Position numbers and translations under genes: made by a program. Below are positions 41,854 to 50,601 of a stretch of 60,751 bases of DNA, one piece after another; the first letter of the stretch is position 1, and each line of letters opens with the position of its first letter. Under the pieces are notes generated by a model. It made no database searches, had not been told where the DNA came from, and worked only from the letters and a program-made list of their open reading frames with translations. The DNA comes from a virus (lineage: Duplodnaviria; Caudoviricetes). The stretch is from positions 1 through 60,751 of IMG/VR virus record IMGVR_UViG_3300047552_001108; one strand, 5' to 3'.

Positions 41854-44800
41854 ATGAGCGAACACCTCACCGCGACGGCCATCGCCGTCAAGCTCGCGCT
41901 GCAAAAGGCGCGTCTCGAAGTTGCAAAGGCCTCGTTCGGGGCCGTCAATCGCTGGCCGGCCGGGTCGTCCAAGGGCGGGCAGTTCGCCCCCAAGGGCGCG
42001 TCCGGCAATAGCGCCCAGCAGTTGGGTCTAGGCGGCAACACTTGGAAGGAGAGCGGGTGGGCAGGCTCCGGCATGTGGAGCAAGCCGAAAACGCCGCCTC
42101 CTGGGGCCAAGCAGCACCCGCAGAAGGACGAAAAGGGCAACCCGGTCATCGTCAACTACCCGACGCCGGCCAGCCCTGCCTCGACTTGGAGCAACCCCAA
42201 GGCCGTTGCCACGTTCACTCCTGGCGGCAAGACGCCCGAGGTGCTCAACGGCGTGCCCTTCAAGTCGTGGACTCCACCGAAGGCTGGGTGGGCCGCCGTC
42301 AGTGGCACCAATGAAAAGTTCGACGAGGACTTCCCGTTCGAGCCGCACCCGACCAAGAAAACCGGGGCCGGCGTGATCATCTTGGAGCCGGACGGCCGCG
42401 TGTGGCTCACCAAGCCAACCAACGAGTTCGGCAACTACAAGCAGACCTTCCCCAAGGGAACTGCCGAGTCCGGCCTGACGCTGCAGCAGAACGCCATCAA
42501 GGAGGCCTGGGAGGAAACCGGTCTCAAGGTGCAGATCGTCGGCATCGCGGCCGACATTGAGCGCGACACCTCAAAGGCCCGGTTCTACATCGCACGCCGC
42601 GTCGGTGGCACGCCGAAGGACATGGGCTGGGAGTCTCAGGCGCTGCGGCTGGCGCCGCGCAAGCAGGCCGCAGAACTGCTGAACCGTTCGCACGACAAAG
42701 CGCTGCTGAACGACATCCTCGACGAGATGGGGGTGCGCAAGGCCAAGGACGCCGGCACGAAGGAGTCGGGCAAGCCTGGGGCATGGCAGTTCCAAGAGCG
42801 TTGGCCCGCCGGTTCGTCGTTGGGCGGACAGTGGAAGGCGATGGGCGCCGATGGCATCACCGCGCCGCCGAAGATCGCGGGCGGTCTTGATGGCGCGAAC
42901 TCGATCTACCAGAAGGCCGCCAACCTCGCGCACGAATGCACGCAAGGTTCGCCGACGCCCGACCAACTCCAGAAGATCATCGACAAGTACGCGCCGTCGG
43001 CGGCCAAGTTCGCCTCCGGTGCCAAGGCCTCGTCCCATGTGAAGTGGGGCGCCCAGGTTCACCAGTACGCCACGCAGGCCATGGCCGACTTCAAGGCCAA
43101 GGGCAGCGCAACGGCCACGGCCGACAAGCTGCAAGGCCCGCAGAAGCTGTCCGCCATGACCTACGCGGGCGGTAAGCCTGGGGGCAGCAACCCGGGCGGC
43201 ATGTACGCCGACGCCGATGGCAAGTGGCTGGTCAAGGGCAGCAACTCCGGCGACGCCACGCCGCGCAGCAAGAACGAGGTGCTGGCCTCCAAGCTGATGC
43301 TCGCCGTGGGCGCCGGTGCGCCGGACATGAAGCTGGTGGATCTCGAAGGCAAGCACGGCGGCGGCATCGGCGTGGCCTCGAAGTGGGTGAGCGGTGGCGT
43401 TGCGTTCGACGCCAAGAATCCGGCCCACTATGCGGCTGCCCAGGCCGACTTCGCTGTTCACGCTTGGCTGGCGAACTACGACGTGCTCGGCATGAGCATG
43501 GACAACACCCAGATCGTGGGCGGCAAGGCCGTCAACATCGACCCGGGCGGTGCCCTGCTGTACCGCGCCCAGGGCGCACCGAAGGGCGACACGTTCAAGA
43601 CCACCGCCGACGAGTGGGACTCGCTGCGCGACCCGACCATCAACGCCAACGGCGCCAAGGTGTACGGGTCGATGACCGCCTCGAAACTCGCGGAAAGCGC
43701 TGAGAAGCTCAAGGCCATCGACGACGCCGGCATCAAGAAGCTGGTGGACACCTATGGCCCTGGTACGCAGGCCGAGAAGGACGCACTGACCTCAAAGCTG
43801 ATCGCTCGCAAAGCCGACATCTTGGCTCGTGTGGCGAAGCTGCAGGGCACGGTGGCATCCACACCCGCGCCCGCGCCGGCAGCGGCACCTGCGCCCGTTT
43901 CAGCCCCCGCGCAGACCCAGACCATCCTGGCCGAGAAGCTGACTTTCGTTGGCGGAGGATCGGACAAGTTCTGGCAGGTCGGCGTGGTCGGCACCAAGGT
44001 CGTCACGCAGTGGGGCAAGAACGGCACCAAGGGCCAGCAGACGTTCAAGGAGATGGGCAGCGCGTCAGCCGCCGCGAAGGCCGCCAGCAAGATGTGGCTG
44101 GAGAAGAAGGAGAAGGGCTACAAGGACGCAGGCTACGTCGACATGACGGTTGATTTGCCGGCGAAGCCAGCCCCTGCGCCCGCAGCCGCTGCTCCCGCTG
44201 TTTCCGCTCCTGCTACGGCCGTCGCCAAACCTCCGCTTCCGACGTTCACGAGCATTCACAAGGAGAAGTACAAGGCCGTTGCTGAACTGATGAACCGCAT
44301 GAGCGCGGCGGAACTCGCGGGCGCCGTGCAGTCCGCGTATGGCAAGCAGGGCAGCAAGTTGGTGTTCGGCTCCGGGTCCACCACGGTGACGACCAACAAC
44401 CCGCCCAAGAGCGACGACGGCAAGGCCCTCTACAAGTTCTATCAGGGCCTCAAAAACGCGGCAGCCACCCCGCCTGCTGCCGCTCCCGCCACGTCATCTG
44501 CCGTCGTTGAGAAGCCGGCGAACTGGCCTCTGCCAGGGACCAAGAAGTTCTTCACCGGGTTGGCAGGTGAGGCCGAAAAGCTACACGCCGACGGCAATCT
44601 CGCCGACCTCAAGTTTCTTGCCACCAACTGGAACCCGAACACGGCCAACGGCAAGGTCATGTCCGCGTACCACGCCAAGCTGGTGGCCGACCTTCAGAGC
44701 AAGCAGGCCACACAGACCATGGCGACCGTGCAGGCCGCCCAGGCCGCCGTTTCGCATCCGGTGTCCGCTCCTGCCAATGGCACCGCTCCGAACGGTGTGC

Positions 44801-46164
44801 CGATGCCGGACTTCCAGAAGTTCAAGCTGCCGGCCATCAACAGCAACGCGCCGTCGCACAACGCCAAGGTCGACAAGATCGCCGACCTCGCTGGCAAGGG
44901 CGACGTGAAGGGCCTGCTGTCGCTCAACTACGGCACCAACAACTACGCCAAGAAACAGGTGCAGCTTGCGAACGATGCCCTGGCCGCGCTCGGGTCTCCG
45001 TTCGCAGTGACCGTAGGCCAGAAGCAGAACGCGCACCCGGCGCTGACAGGTGGTGTTCCGCCGCTCAAGGTCCAGCAGGCAGCCGCTGTTACGGGCCAAC
45101 AGGCGCCCGCGCCCCACCCGGCCACCCAGGGCAAGCCCGACATGACCAAGCTCGACACGAGCAAGGCAGTCGCGCCTCCAAAGCCTCACTTCGACAAGTC
45201 GTCGAAGGCATGGGTGAACGAGTCGAACAACAAGTTGGCTGCCGAAATCGCAGCCAAGTTCGCTGCGGGCGACTACCTCGCCCTGCAGACGATGAAGTAC
45301 CAAGAGGTCGACAAGGACACGGGCAAGGCCGGTGGCTTCAAGCACATGTCGGAGCACCCGGCGAAAGACCTGAAGGCGTACTTTGACGCCTCGCTGACGG
45401 TCATGCGCGAGGTGGCGTATCCGCCGAAGCCGCTCAAGGTGTTCCAGGCGCAGCACGCCAACAGCGTAAAGGCCATCGCGGCTGCGTTCCCGTCAAAACC
45501 GTTCGGCACTACGGTCGACAAGGTCGCCAGCAACGAGAAGGTCGGCTTCTGGGTGGCGCTCGGCAAGGTCGACGACATTTCGTCTATCACCCCGGGCAAG
45601 ACGATGAAGGTGTCGAGCGCGGACGAGGCCAAGGCGTACTCCGACTACCAGAGCAAGATCACGCCGCTGGCCAAGGCCTTCATCAACGGCATCCAGTCGT
45701 CCGGTTCTTACAACGACCTCTTCCGTGACGGCAAGAAGACCGTGCCGCAAGGGTTCCCGGGCGCAGGGCACACGCTGGCCGAGGTCGCTCAGGCTGCCGC
45801 CGCCTACGCCCAGACAAAACCCGCCGGCACGCGCATCACGCGGTGGCAACACATGTCGGCGGACATGGTCAAGAAACTGGAATCTGCCGGCCCAGGTACT
45901 GTGCTGCAGGCCACGGGTTCGATGTGCTGCTCGAAGTCAGACACAGCCACAAAGGCGTTCGGCCCGCACAAGATCACCATCGTCTACGCAGATGGTGCGA
46001 AGGCAGTGGACTCTTTCGGCTCTGGCAACTATTCCGGTGAGCAGGAGGTGACGACGCTGCCCAACGCCCGGTTTGTGGTGCTGAAGGTCGGCAAGCAGAC
46101 CAACGGCAATGCCGAAGTCACTCTGCTGATGCTTCCGCCCGACCTTGGCATCAAGAAGCCATGA
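41854..46164 (+). CDS. 1436-aa multidomain protein: Nudix hydrolase, PI3/4-kinase/HipA-like domain, WGR domain, C-terminal ADP-ribosyltransferase
   Basis: Nudix box PKG...AIKEAWEETG (42451-42522); GGSNPGG..VK..NE.LA..L..WLANYD..DN..IDPGG (43180-43560); SDKFW.V...V.TQWGK.G..GQ..K..KGY (43933-44130); R..GSMCCS..EQEV..P...F.V (45830-46090). Confidence 0.8.
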   Translation: MSEHLTATAIAVKLALQKARLEVAKASFGAVNRWPAGSSKGGQFAPKGASGNSAQQLGLGGNTWKESGWAGSGMWSKPKTPPPGAKQHPQKDEKGNPVIVNYPTPASPASTWSNPKAVATFTPGGKTPEVLNGVPFKSWTPPKAGWAAVSGTNEKFDEDFPFEPHPTKKTGAGVIILEPDGRVWLTKPTNEFGNYKQTFPKGTAESGLTLQQNAIKEAWEETGLKVQIVGIAADIERDTSKARFYIARRVGGTPKDMGWESQALRLAPRKQAAELLNRSHDKALLNDILDEMGVRKAKDAGTKESGKPGAWQFQERWPAGSSLGGQWKAMGADGITAPPKIAGGLDGANSIYQKAANLAHECTQGSPTPDQLQKIIDKYAPSAAKFASGAKASSHVKWGAQVHQYATQAMADFKAKGSATATADKLQGPQKLSAMTYAGGKPGGSNPGGMYADADGKWLVKGSNSGDATPRSKNEVLASKLMLAVGAGAPDMKLVDLEGKHGGGIGVASKWVSGGVAFDAKNPAHYAAAQADFAVHAWLANYDVLGMSMDNTQIVGGKAVNIDPGGALLYRAQGAPKGDTFKTTADEWDSLRDPTINANGAKVYGSMTASKLAESAEKLKAIDDAGIKKLVDTYGPGTQAEKDALTSKLIARKADILARVAKLQGTVASTPAPAPAAAPAPVSAPAQTQTILAEKLTFVGGGSDKFWQVGVVGTKVVTQWGKNGTKGQQTFKEMGSASAAAKAASKMWLEKKEKGYKDAGYVDMTVDLPAKPAPAPAAAAPAVSAPATAVAKPPLPTFTSIHKEKYKAVAELMNRMSAAELAGAVQSAYGKQGSKLVFGSGSTTVTTNNPPKSDDGKALYKFYQGLKNAAATPPAAAPATSSAVVEKPANWPLPGTKKFFTGLAGEAEKLHADGNLADLKFLATNWNPNTANGKVMSAYHAKLVADLQSKQATQTMATVQAAQAAVSHPVSAPANGTAPNGVPMPDFQKFKLPAINSNAPSHNAKVDKIADLAGKGDVKGLLSLNYGTNNYAKKQVQLANDALAALGSPFAVTVGQKQNAHPALTGGVPPLKVQQAAAVTGQQAPAPHPATQGKPDMTKLDTSKAVAPPKPHFDKSSKAWVNESNNKLAAEIAAKFAAGDYLALQTMKYQEVDKDTGKAGGFKHMSEHPAKDLKAYFDASLTVMREVAYPPKPLKVFQAQHANSVKAIAAAFPSKPFGTTVDKVASNEKVGFWVALGKVDDISSITPGKTMKVSSADEAKAYSDYQSKITPLAKAFINGIQSSGSYNDLFRDGKKTVPQGFPGAGHTLAEVAQAAAAYAQTKPAGTRITRWQHMSADMVKKLESAGPGTVLQATGSMCCSKSDTATKAFGPHKITIVYADGAKAVDSFGSGNYSGEQEVTTLPNARFVVLKVGKQTNGNAEVTLLMLPPDLGIKKP

Positions 46165-46219
46165 ACCGCCTGACGGAGAAACTGTGGCTTTTCACTTGCA
46201 CCTTGCCTAACATCGATCC

Positions 46220-46738
46220 ATGACCAAAGAATCCATCGAAGGCAGCGCGGCCCGAGCGGCGGACCGAGGGCGCGACCAGCTTTTCGGCGATGCCTTGCCG
46301 GACCACGCGCTCAACAGCCTCACGGCGGTGGAGGCGGTGGTCCGCAGCTTCGCCGAGAAGGTTGCGGACGTTCGCGCCCGGTACAACGCCGACAAGATCA
46401 CGGACGCACAGGCCCGTGACGAGGTGGAGGTATTGGCGCAGAAGTACGCGGACATGTTCATGGGCAAGAGCAGCGAGTACGCCGCTCTCCCGTGGAACAC
46501 GCCGGAGCAGCTTGGCGCTTACCTCGCCAACGTCATCGAGGGTGGAACAGCGCCGGAAACGGCGGCCCGTGACTTCCTGCTGTACGTCGCCGCACAACTG
46601 CTGCAGATCATGGTCGAGCATGAGGACGCCAAGATCGACGACGAGGTGGCGCAATTCCGCCTCGGCGCACTGATCGAGGATGCCGTTCACGCATTCCTTG
46701 GCCTGCCGAACATCGAAATGCCCGAGGACGATTCCTAG
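46220..46738 (+). CDS. Acidic helical hypothetical protein (candidate immunity/partner)
   Basis: D/E-rich 172 aa directly downstream of the ART-bearing gene. Confidence 0.65.
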   Translation: MTKESIEGSAARAADRGRDQLFGDALPDHALNSLTAVEAVVRSFAEKVADVRARYNADKITDAQARDEVEVLAQKYADMFMGKSSEYAALPWNTPEQLGAYLANVIEGGTAPETAARDFLLYVAAQLLQIMVEHEDAKIDDEVAQFRLGALIEDAVHAFLGLPNIEMPEDDS

Positions 46739-46748
46739 AATCAAGCCT

Positions 46749-46822
46749 GTGATGTTCGTCCGGTGAGAATCACGGACGAAACACTCACCAACGTGCCGCC
46801 TCCGGGCGGCGTTGTTGTTTCT
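46749..46822 (+). terminator. Tandem hairpins / terminator between the cargo cluster and the protease gene
   Basis: TTCGTCC-g-GTGA-gaa-TCAC-GGACGAA stem, then GCCGCC-tccg-GGCGGC-GTTGTTGTTTCT. Confidence 0.5.
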
Positions 46823-46856
46823 GACGCGGCACAATCCTGGAGAAACGGAGATTGCC

Positions 46857-47249
46857 GTGTTTCACATCCATTTCCAGTTCTCCAAGGCCGATACCACCGG
46901 GCGCTTTGTGCGCGGGTGGGCAAGCGTCGTCTCGACCGGCGGCGTCGCGGTGACAGATCACCAGGGCGATATCATCACCATCGATGACATTCGCAAGGCC
47001 GCGCACAAGTTCATTTCAGACGCCCGCATCGCAAAGGCGATGCACGCCGGCCAGCCTGTGGGTGAGGTCGTCGAGAGCGTGATCATCGATGACGATTTCG
47101 CCAGGGCCACGGGCATGGCGGACGAGCGGCGCGGCTGGTGGATCGGTATGGAGATCCACGATCCCAACGTCCGTGAAAACGTCCGCAAAGGCAAGCTCAA
47201 GGCATTCAGCATCGGTGGCCGAGGCCGCCGTATTCCCGTGGAGTCGTGA
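46857..47249 (+). CDS. Prohead serine protease, XkdF/S78-like (His- and Ser-containing part)
   Basis: V.GWASV, D.QGD.I, AMH.G..VG.VVES, GWWIG and G.LKAFSIGG; GGAG RBS before GTG 46857. Confidence 0.85.
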   Translation: MFHIHFQFSKADTTGRFVRGWASVVSTGGVAVTDHQGDIITIDDIRKAAHKFISDARIAKAMHAGQPVGEVVESVIIDDDFARATGMADERRGWWIGMEIHDPNVRENVRKGKLKAFSIGGRGRRIPVES

Positions 47250-48085
47250 TGCCGCAGAAACTCACAGACATGATCATCGAGGAAATTTCCCTCGTCGACG
47301 ACGGCGCCAATCAGCACGCTGACGTTGTGATCGTGAAAGCCAAGTCCGCCCCCGAGGGGCAAACCGGGTCCGAGGGTAGCTCGGGCGACAGTGAAACCGC
47401 CTCGGCGGATCAATACAAGGAGTTCCAGATGGACATGGAAAATCTGGCGAAGGCTCTCGATGACGCCGAAGCCAAGCTCGAATCGCTGGAAAAGCGCACC
47501 ACGGATGCCGAGGCAGCCCTGGCCGATGCGACCGAGGTGATCAAGGCCAAGGACGCCAAGATCGTTGAACTGGAGGCCGCCAAGGCCAAAAAGTCGGATG
47601 ACGGCAACGCGGATGACGAGGACGATGACAAGAAGGTCATGAAGTCCCTGCCCGAGTCGATCCGCAAGCGCCTGGAGGACTTCGAGAAGCGTGCGGCCGA
47701 GGCCGAGGTCACCCTCGCCAAGATGCGCGAGGAAAAGGAAACCTTCGAAGCCATCGCCAAGGCCCGCACCCTGAACTTCGGCAAGGCCGAGGAAATCGGT
47801 CCGCTGCTGATGCGTGTTGCCAAAGGCACCAGCACGGTGGCCGACGCTGAGACGCTTGAACGCCTGTTCAAGGCCGCCGGTGAGCAAGGCAAGGTTTCCC
47901 ACCTGTTCCGTGCTGTGGGCAGCGAAACGGCTGTCGATGGCGATCCCGAAGTGCTGCTGAAGGCCAAGGCTGGCGAGATCCAGAAGGCCAACAACGGCAT
48001 GACGTTCGAGCAGGCGTATGCGAAGGCGATGGACGAGAATCCGTCGCTTTACAGCGCCTTCATCGCCAAGCGTCGCGCTGGCTGA
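47249..48085 (+). CDS. Scaffolding protein with an N-terminal protease strand; probable internal start at 47429
   Basis: N-terminal EISLVD.GAN..A.V.I.K, coiled coil, C-terminal EQAY..A...NP.LY; AAGGAG before in-frame ATG 47429. Confidence 0.75.
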   Translation: MPQKLTDMIIEEISLVDDGANQHADVVIVKAKSAPEGQTGSEGSSGDSETASADQYKEFQMDMENLAKALDDAEAKLESLEKRTTDAEAALADATEVIKAKDAKIVELEAAKAKKSDDGNADDEDDDKKVMKSLPESIRKRLEDFEKRAAEAEVTLAKMREEKETFEAIAKARTLNFGKAEEIGPLLMRVAKGTSTVADAETLERLFKAAGEQGKVSHLFRAVGSETAVDGDPEVLLKAKAGEIQKANNGMTFEQAYAKAMDENPSLYSAFIAKRRAG

Positions 48086-48109
48086 ACCCCCACTGCGTAG
48101 GAGACCAAC

Positions 48110-48538
48110 ATGTCTTTCGGAAACGTCAACCACCACGTCGTCTCGCTGCCTGCGGGCGCCGACCTCACGACCAAGCAATTCCTGGCGATCAAGGTCAACA
48201 GCAGCGCCCAAGCTGTTGTTGCCGGTGCCGGCGAATTCGCCATCGGCATCCTGCAGAACAAGCCTGCGTCCGGCCAAGCCGCGACGGTGGCCTACGGCGG
48301 AATCTCCAAGGCTTTGGCCGGCGGCAATGTGACTGCTGGCATGACCGTGGCAGCGGACTCCACCGGCAAGCTGGTGAACGCTGCCGAGGCCGTTGTGAAC
48401 ACGAGCGATGCAGGCGCCGCTTCGGATGCCGTCGTCGCTTCCAACGTCATCGGCGTCGCGCTGGCCTCCGGCGTGTCTGGCGATGTGATCCCGGTGCTTG
48501 TGCTGTCGGCCGGCGCCACCCCCACGACCGCAGCCTGA
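48110..48538 (+). CDS. Capsid decoration/cement protein (DUF2190-like)
   Basis: A.ADL...F, AIGILQN.P..G..A.V...G.SK..AG and G.AL..G..GD.I.V; before the capsid gene. Confidence 0.75.
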   Translation: MSFGNVNHHVVSLPAGADLTTKQFLAIKVNSSAQAVVAGAGEFAIGILQNKPASGQAATVAYGGISKALAGGNVTAGMTVAADSTGKLVNAAEAVVNTSDAGAASDAVVASNVIGVALASGVSGDVIPVLVLSAGATPTTAA

Positions 48539-48572
48539 TCGGCAGCCCTTCTGAACTGAAAGGAGATTCGAC

Positions 48573-49559
48573 ATGAATCCGACCCCGGGTGACGTCCACG
48601 TCAACACCCCCCTCACCAACATTTCCATCGCGTACCTGCAGAACGCCGCGAACTTCGTGGCGACCCGGGTGTTCCCCAACATCCCGGTGAGCAAGCAGAG
48701 CGACCGTTACTACGTCTACGACCGTGGCGACTTCAACCGCGACGAGATGCAACTCCGCGCTCCCGCGACCGAGTCGTCCGGCGGTGGCTATCGCCTCGAC
48801 AACACGCCCACGTACTTCGCCAACCGGTTCTCCTTCCACAAGGACATCCCGGACGAAGTGCGTGCCAACGCCGATGCCGTTCTGAACCCGGACCGCGAGG
48901 CCACCGCGTTCGTCACGCACAAGGCGCTGATCAAGCGTGAAAAGCTGTTCACCGACGCCTACTTCAAGGCTGGCGTGTGGGCAACCGACATCACTGGCGT
49001 GAGCAGCAACCCATCCTCGGGCCAAGCTCTGCAGTGGAACGATTCGAACTCGACCCCCATCGAGAGCGTTCGTGCCGCCAAGCGCGCCATCGCCGAGTCC
49101 ACCGGTTTCGAGCCGAACAAGCTCGTGCTGGGCCGCGCCGTGTACGACGCGCTGCTGGACCATCCCGACATCATCGACCGTTTGAAGTACGGCCAGACCG
49201 CAGGTGGTGTTGCCAACACCTCCACCAGCGACCTCGCCACGCTGTTCAAGGTCGAGGAAATCCTCGTGATGAACGCCGTGCAGAACACCGGCAAGGAAGG
49301 ACAGGCCAACGCCCACTCCTTCATCGGCGGCAAGCACGCCATGCTGGTCCACGCCGCTTCGGCCCCCGGCCTGATGACCCCCACCGCCGGCTACACGTTC
49401 TCGTGGACCGGCCTGCTGGGCGCAGGCGCCGAGGGCAACCGCATCAAGTCGTTCCGCATGGAGAACCTGGGCGCCGACCGCGTCGAGATCGACATGTGCT
49501 TCGACATGAAGCTGGTGGCCTCCGACCTCGGCTACTTCTGGGACGGCATCGTCGCCTAA
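48573..49559 (+). CDS. Major capsid protein
   Basis: D.H...PLTNISIAY.Q....F.A..VFP..PV.K, PN.LVLG..V...L..HP.I and P..GYTF; AAAGGAG RBS. Confidence 0.88.
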   Translation: MNPTPGDVHVNTPLTNISIAYLQNAANFVATRVFPNIPVSKQSDRYYVYDRGDFNRDEMQLRAPATESSGGGYRLDNTPTYFANRFSFHKDIPDEVRANADAVLNPDREATAFVTHKALIKREKLFTDAYFKAGVWATDITGVSSNPSSGQALQWNDSNSTPIESVRAAKRAIAESTGFEPNKLVLGRAVYDALLDHPDIIDRLKYGQTAGGVANTSTSDLATLFKVEEILVMNAVQNTGKEGQANAHSFIGGKHAMLVHAASAPGLMTPTAGYTFSWTGLLGAGAEGNRIKSFRMENLGADRVEIDMCFDMKLVASDLGYFWDGIVA

Positions 49560-49580
49560 GCGGCGTTCCGCTTCACCTAT

Positions 49581-49615
49581 AACGGGGGGAGTCGGTTATG
49601 CCGCTCTCCCCGTTT
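49581..49615 (+). terminator. Hairpin terminator after the capsid gene
   Basis: AACGGGGGGAGtCGG-ttatg-CCG-CTCTCCCCGTT-T. Confidence 0.6.
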
Positions 49616-49632
49616 GCACACTCTGGAAAGCC

Positions 49633-50001
49633 ATGCAGAGATTTCAACGAGAGCCATTCAGCCCCAACGCCACATTCGAGTGCATCAAGCCATTCGTGAT
49701 GGCCGGCGTCTCTTACAACCTGGGGCAGATCGTCGACACCAACGCTATCGAGCAACGCCGCCTGCGCCAGATGTACGAAGCCCGAATGATCAGCCCTGTG
49801 GCCCCCAAGGCCGCGCTGCCGAAGCCTCCGGTGGCGCCAGTGGCCGCGCCTGCGCCTGTTGCAGCGCCGGCAGAGCCGCCCAAGGCGGGCGTGCGTCACG
49901 CAGAGCATCGTGGCTTTGGTCGTTGGTTTGTGGTGGAGCCGGACGGCACCGAAAGTGGTCCGTTCAGCAAGGAAGTGGCCGAGGCCCGCGCTGCGGGGTA
50001 A
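49633..50001 (+). CDS. Hypothetical head-region protein
   Basis: Two small domains joined by a PA-rich linker. Confidence 0.65.
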   Translation: MQRFQREPFSPNATFECIKPFVMAGVSYNLGQIVDTNAIEQRRLRQMYEARMISPVAPKAALPKPPVAPVAAPAPVAAPAEPPKAGVRHAEHRGFGRWFVVEPDGTESGPFSKEVAEARAAG

Positions 50002-50010
50002 GGACGGAAC

Positions 50011-50598
50011 ATGGCACTCAACGTCGAGAACGGCACGGGCCTCGCGGACGCAGAAAGCTACATCTCTGTGTCCGAGTTCAAGTCCTTCTGCAAGGGCCGT
50101 GGCTACACGGCCGCAGAGGACTTCGAGACCGAGGACGTCGAGTCGAAACTGCGCGATGCCACGTCGTACATCGACACGATCTTCCGGTACAAGGGAGCGC
50201 GCTCCAAAGTGGAGCAGTCCCTTGAATTCCCGCGAGTCGATTGCCTGGATTGGTCGTCGCTGCCGGTGCTCGGGGTGCCGCGTCGTGTCAAGCAGGCGTG
50301 CGCCGAGTTGGCCTACAAGGCCTTCTCGGAAACGCTGTACCAAGACCAAGACCGTGGCGGTAAGGTCATCAGCGAATCGGTCGGTCCGATCAGCGTGACC
50401 TACGCCGAGGACGCTCCGACCGGCAAGGTTTGGCAGCTTGCGCACAACCTGCTGCAGCCCTTCGTGCGCGACAAGACCCTGCGCCGTGGCCCGCAGTGGA
50501 CCGCCCCAACGCCCGACTCGACGTACTTCAACACGGGCATGCACGACAACCCGAGCCTCGGCTCGACCAACACCGACGCGCTGCTCGGCGGGGCCTGA
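50011..50598 (+). CDS. Head-tail connector/adaptor
   Basis: L.VE.GTGL.DAESY.SV, AT.YID....Y.G.R....Q.L.FPR, P..VK.A.AELA and E.VGPISV.Y. Confidence 0.8.
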   Translation: MALNVENGTGLADAESYISVSEFKSFCKGRGYTAAEDFETEDVESKLRDATSYIDTIFRYKGARSKVEQSLEFPRVDCLDWSSLPVLGVPRRVKQACAELAYKAFSETLYQDQDRGGKVISESVGPISVTYAEDAPTGKVWQLAHNLLQPFVRDKTLRRGPQWTAPTPDSTYFNTGMHDNPSLGSTNTDALLGGA

Positions 50599-50601
50599 TG
50601 C

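Noticed and set aside
50011-50598. DnaT-like replication protein
   Set aside because: This family is often labelled DnaT-like, but its position between capsid and neck genes indicates a head-tail adaptor.
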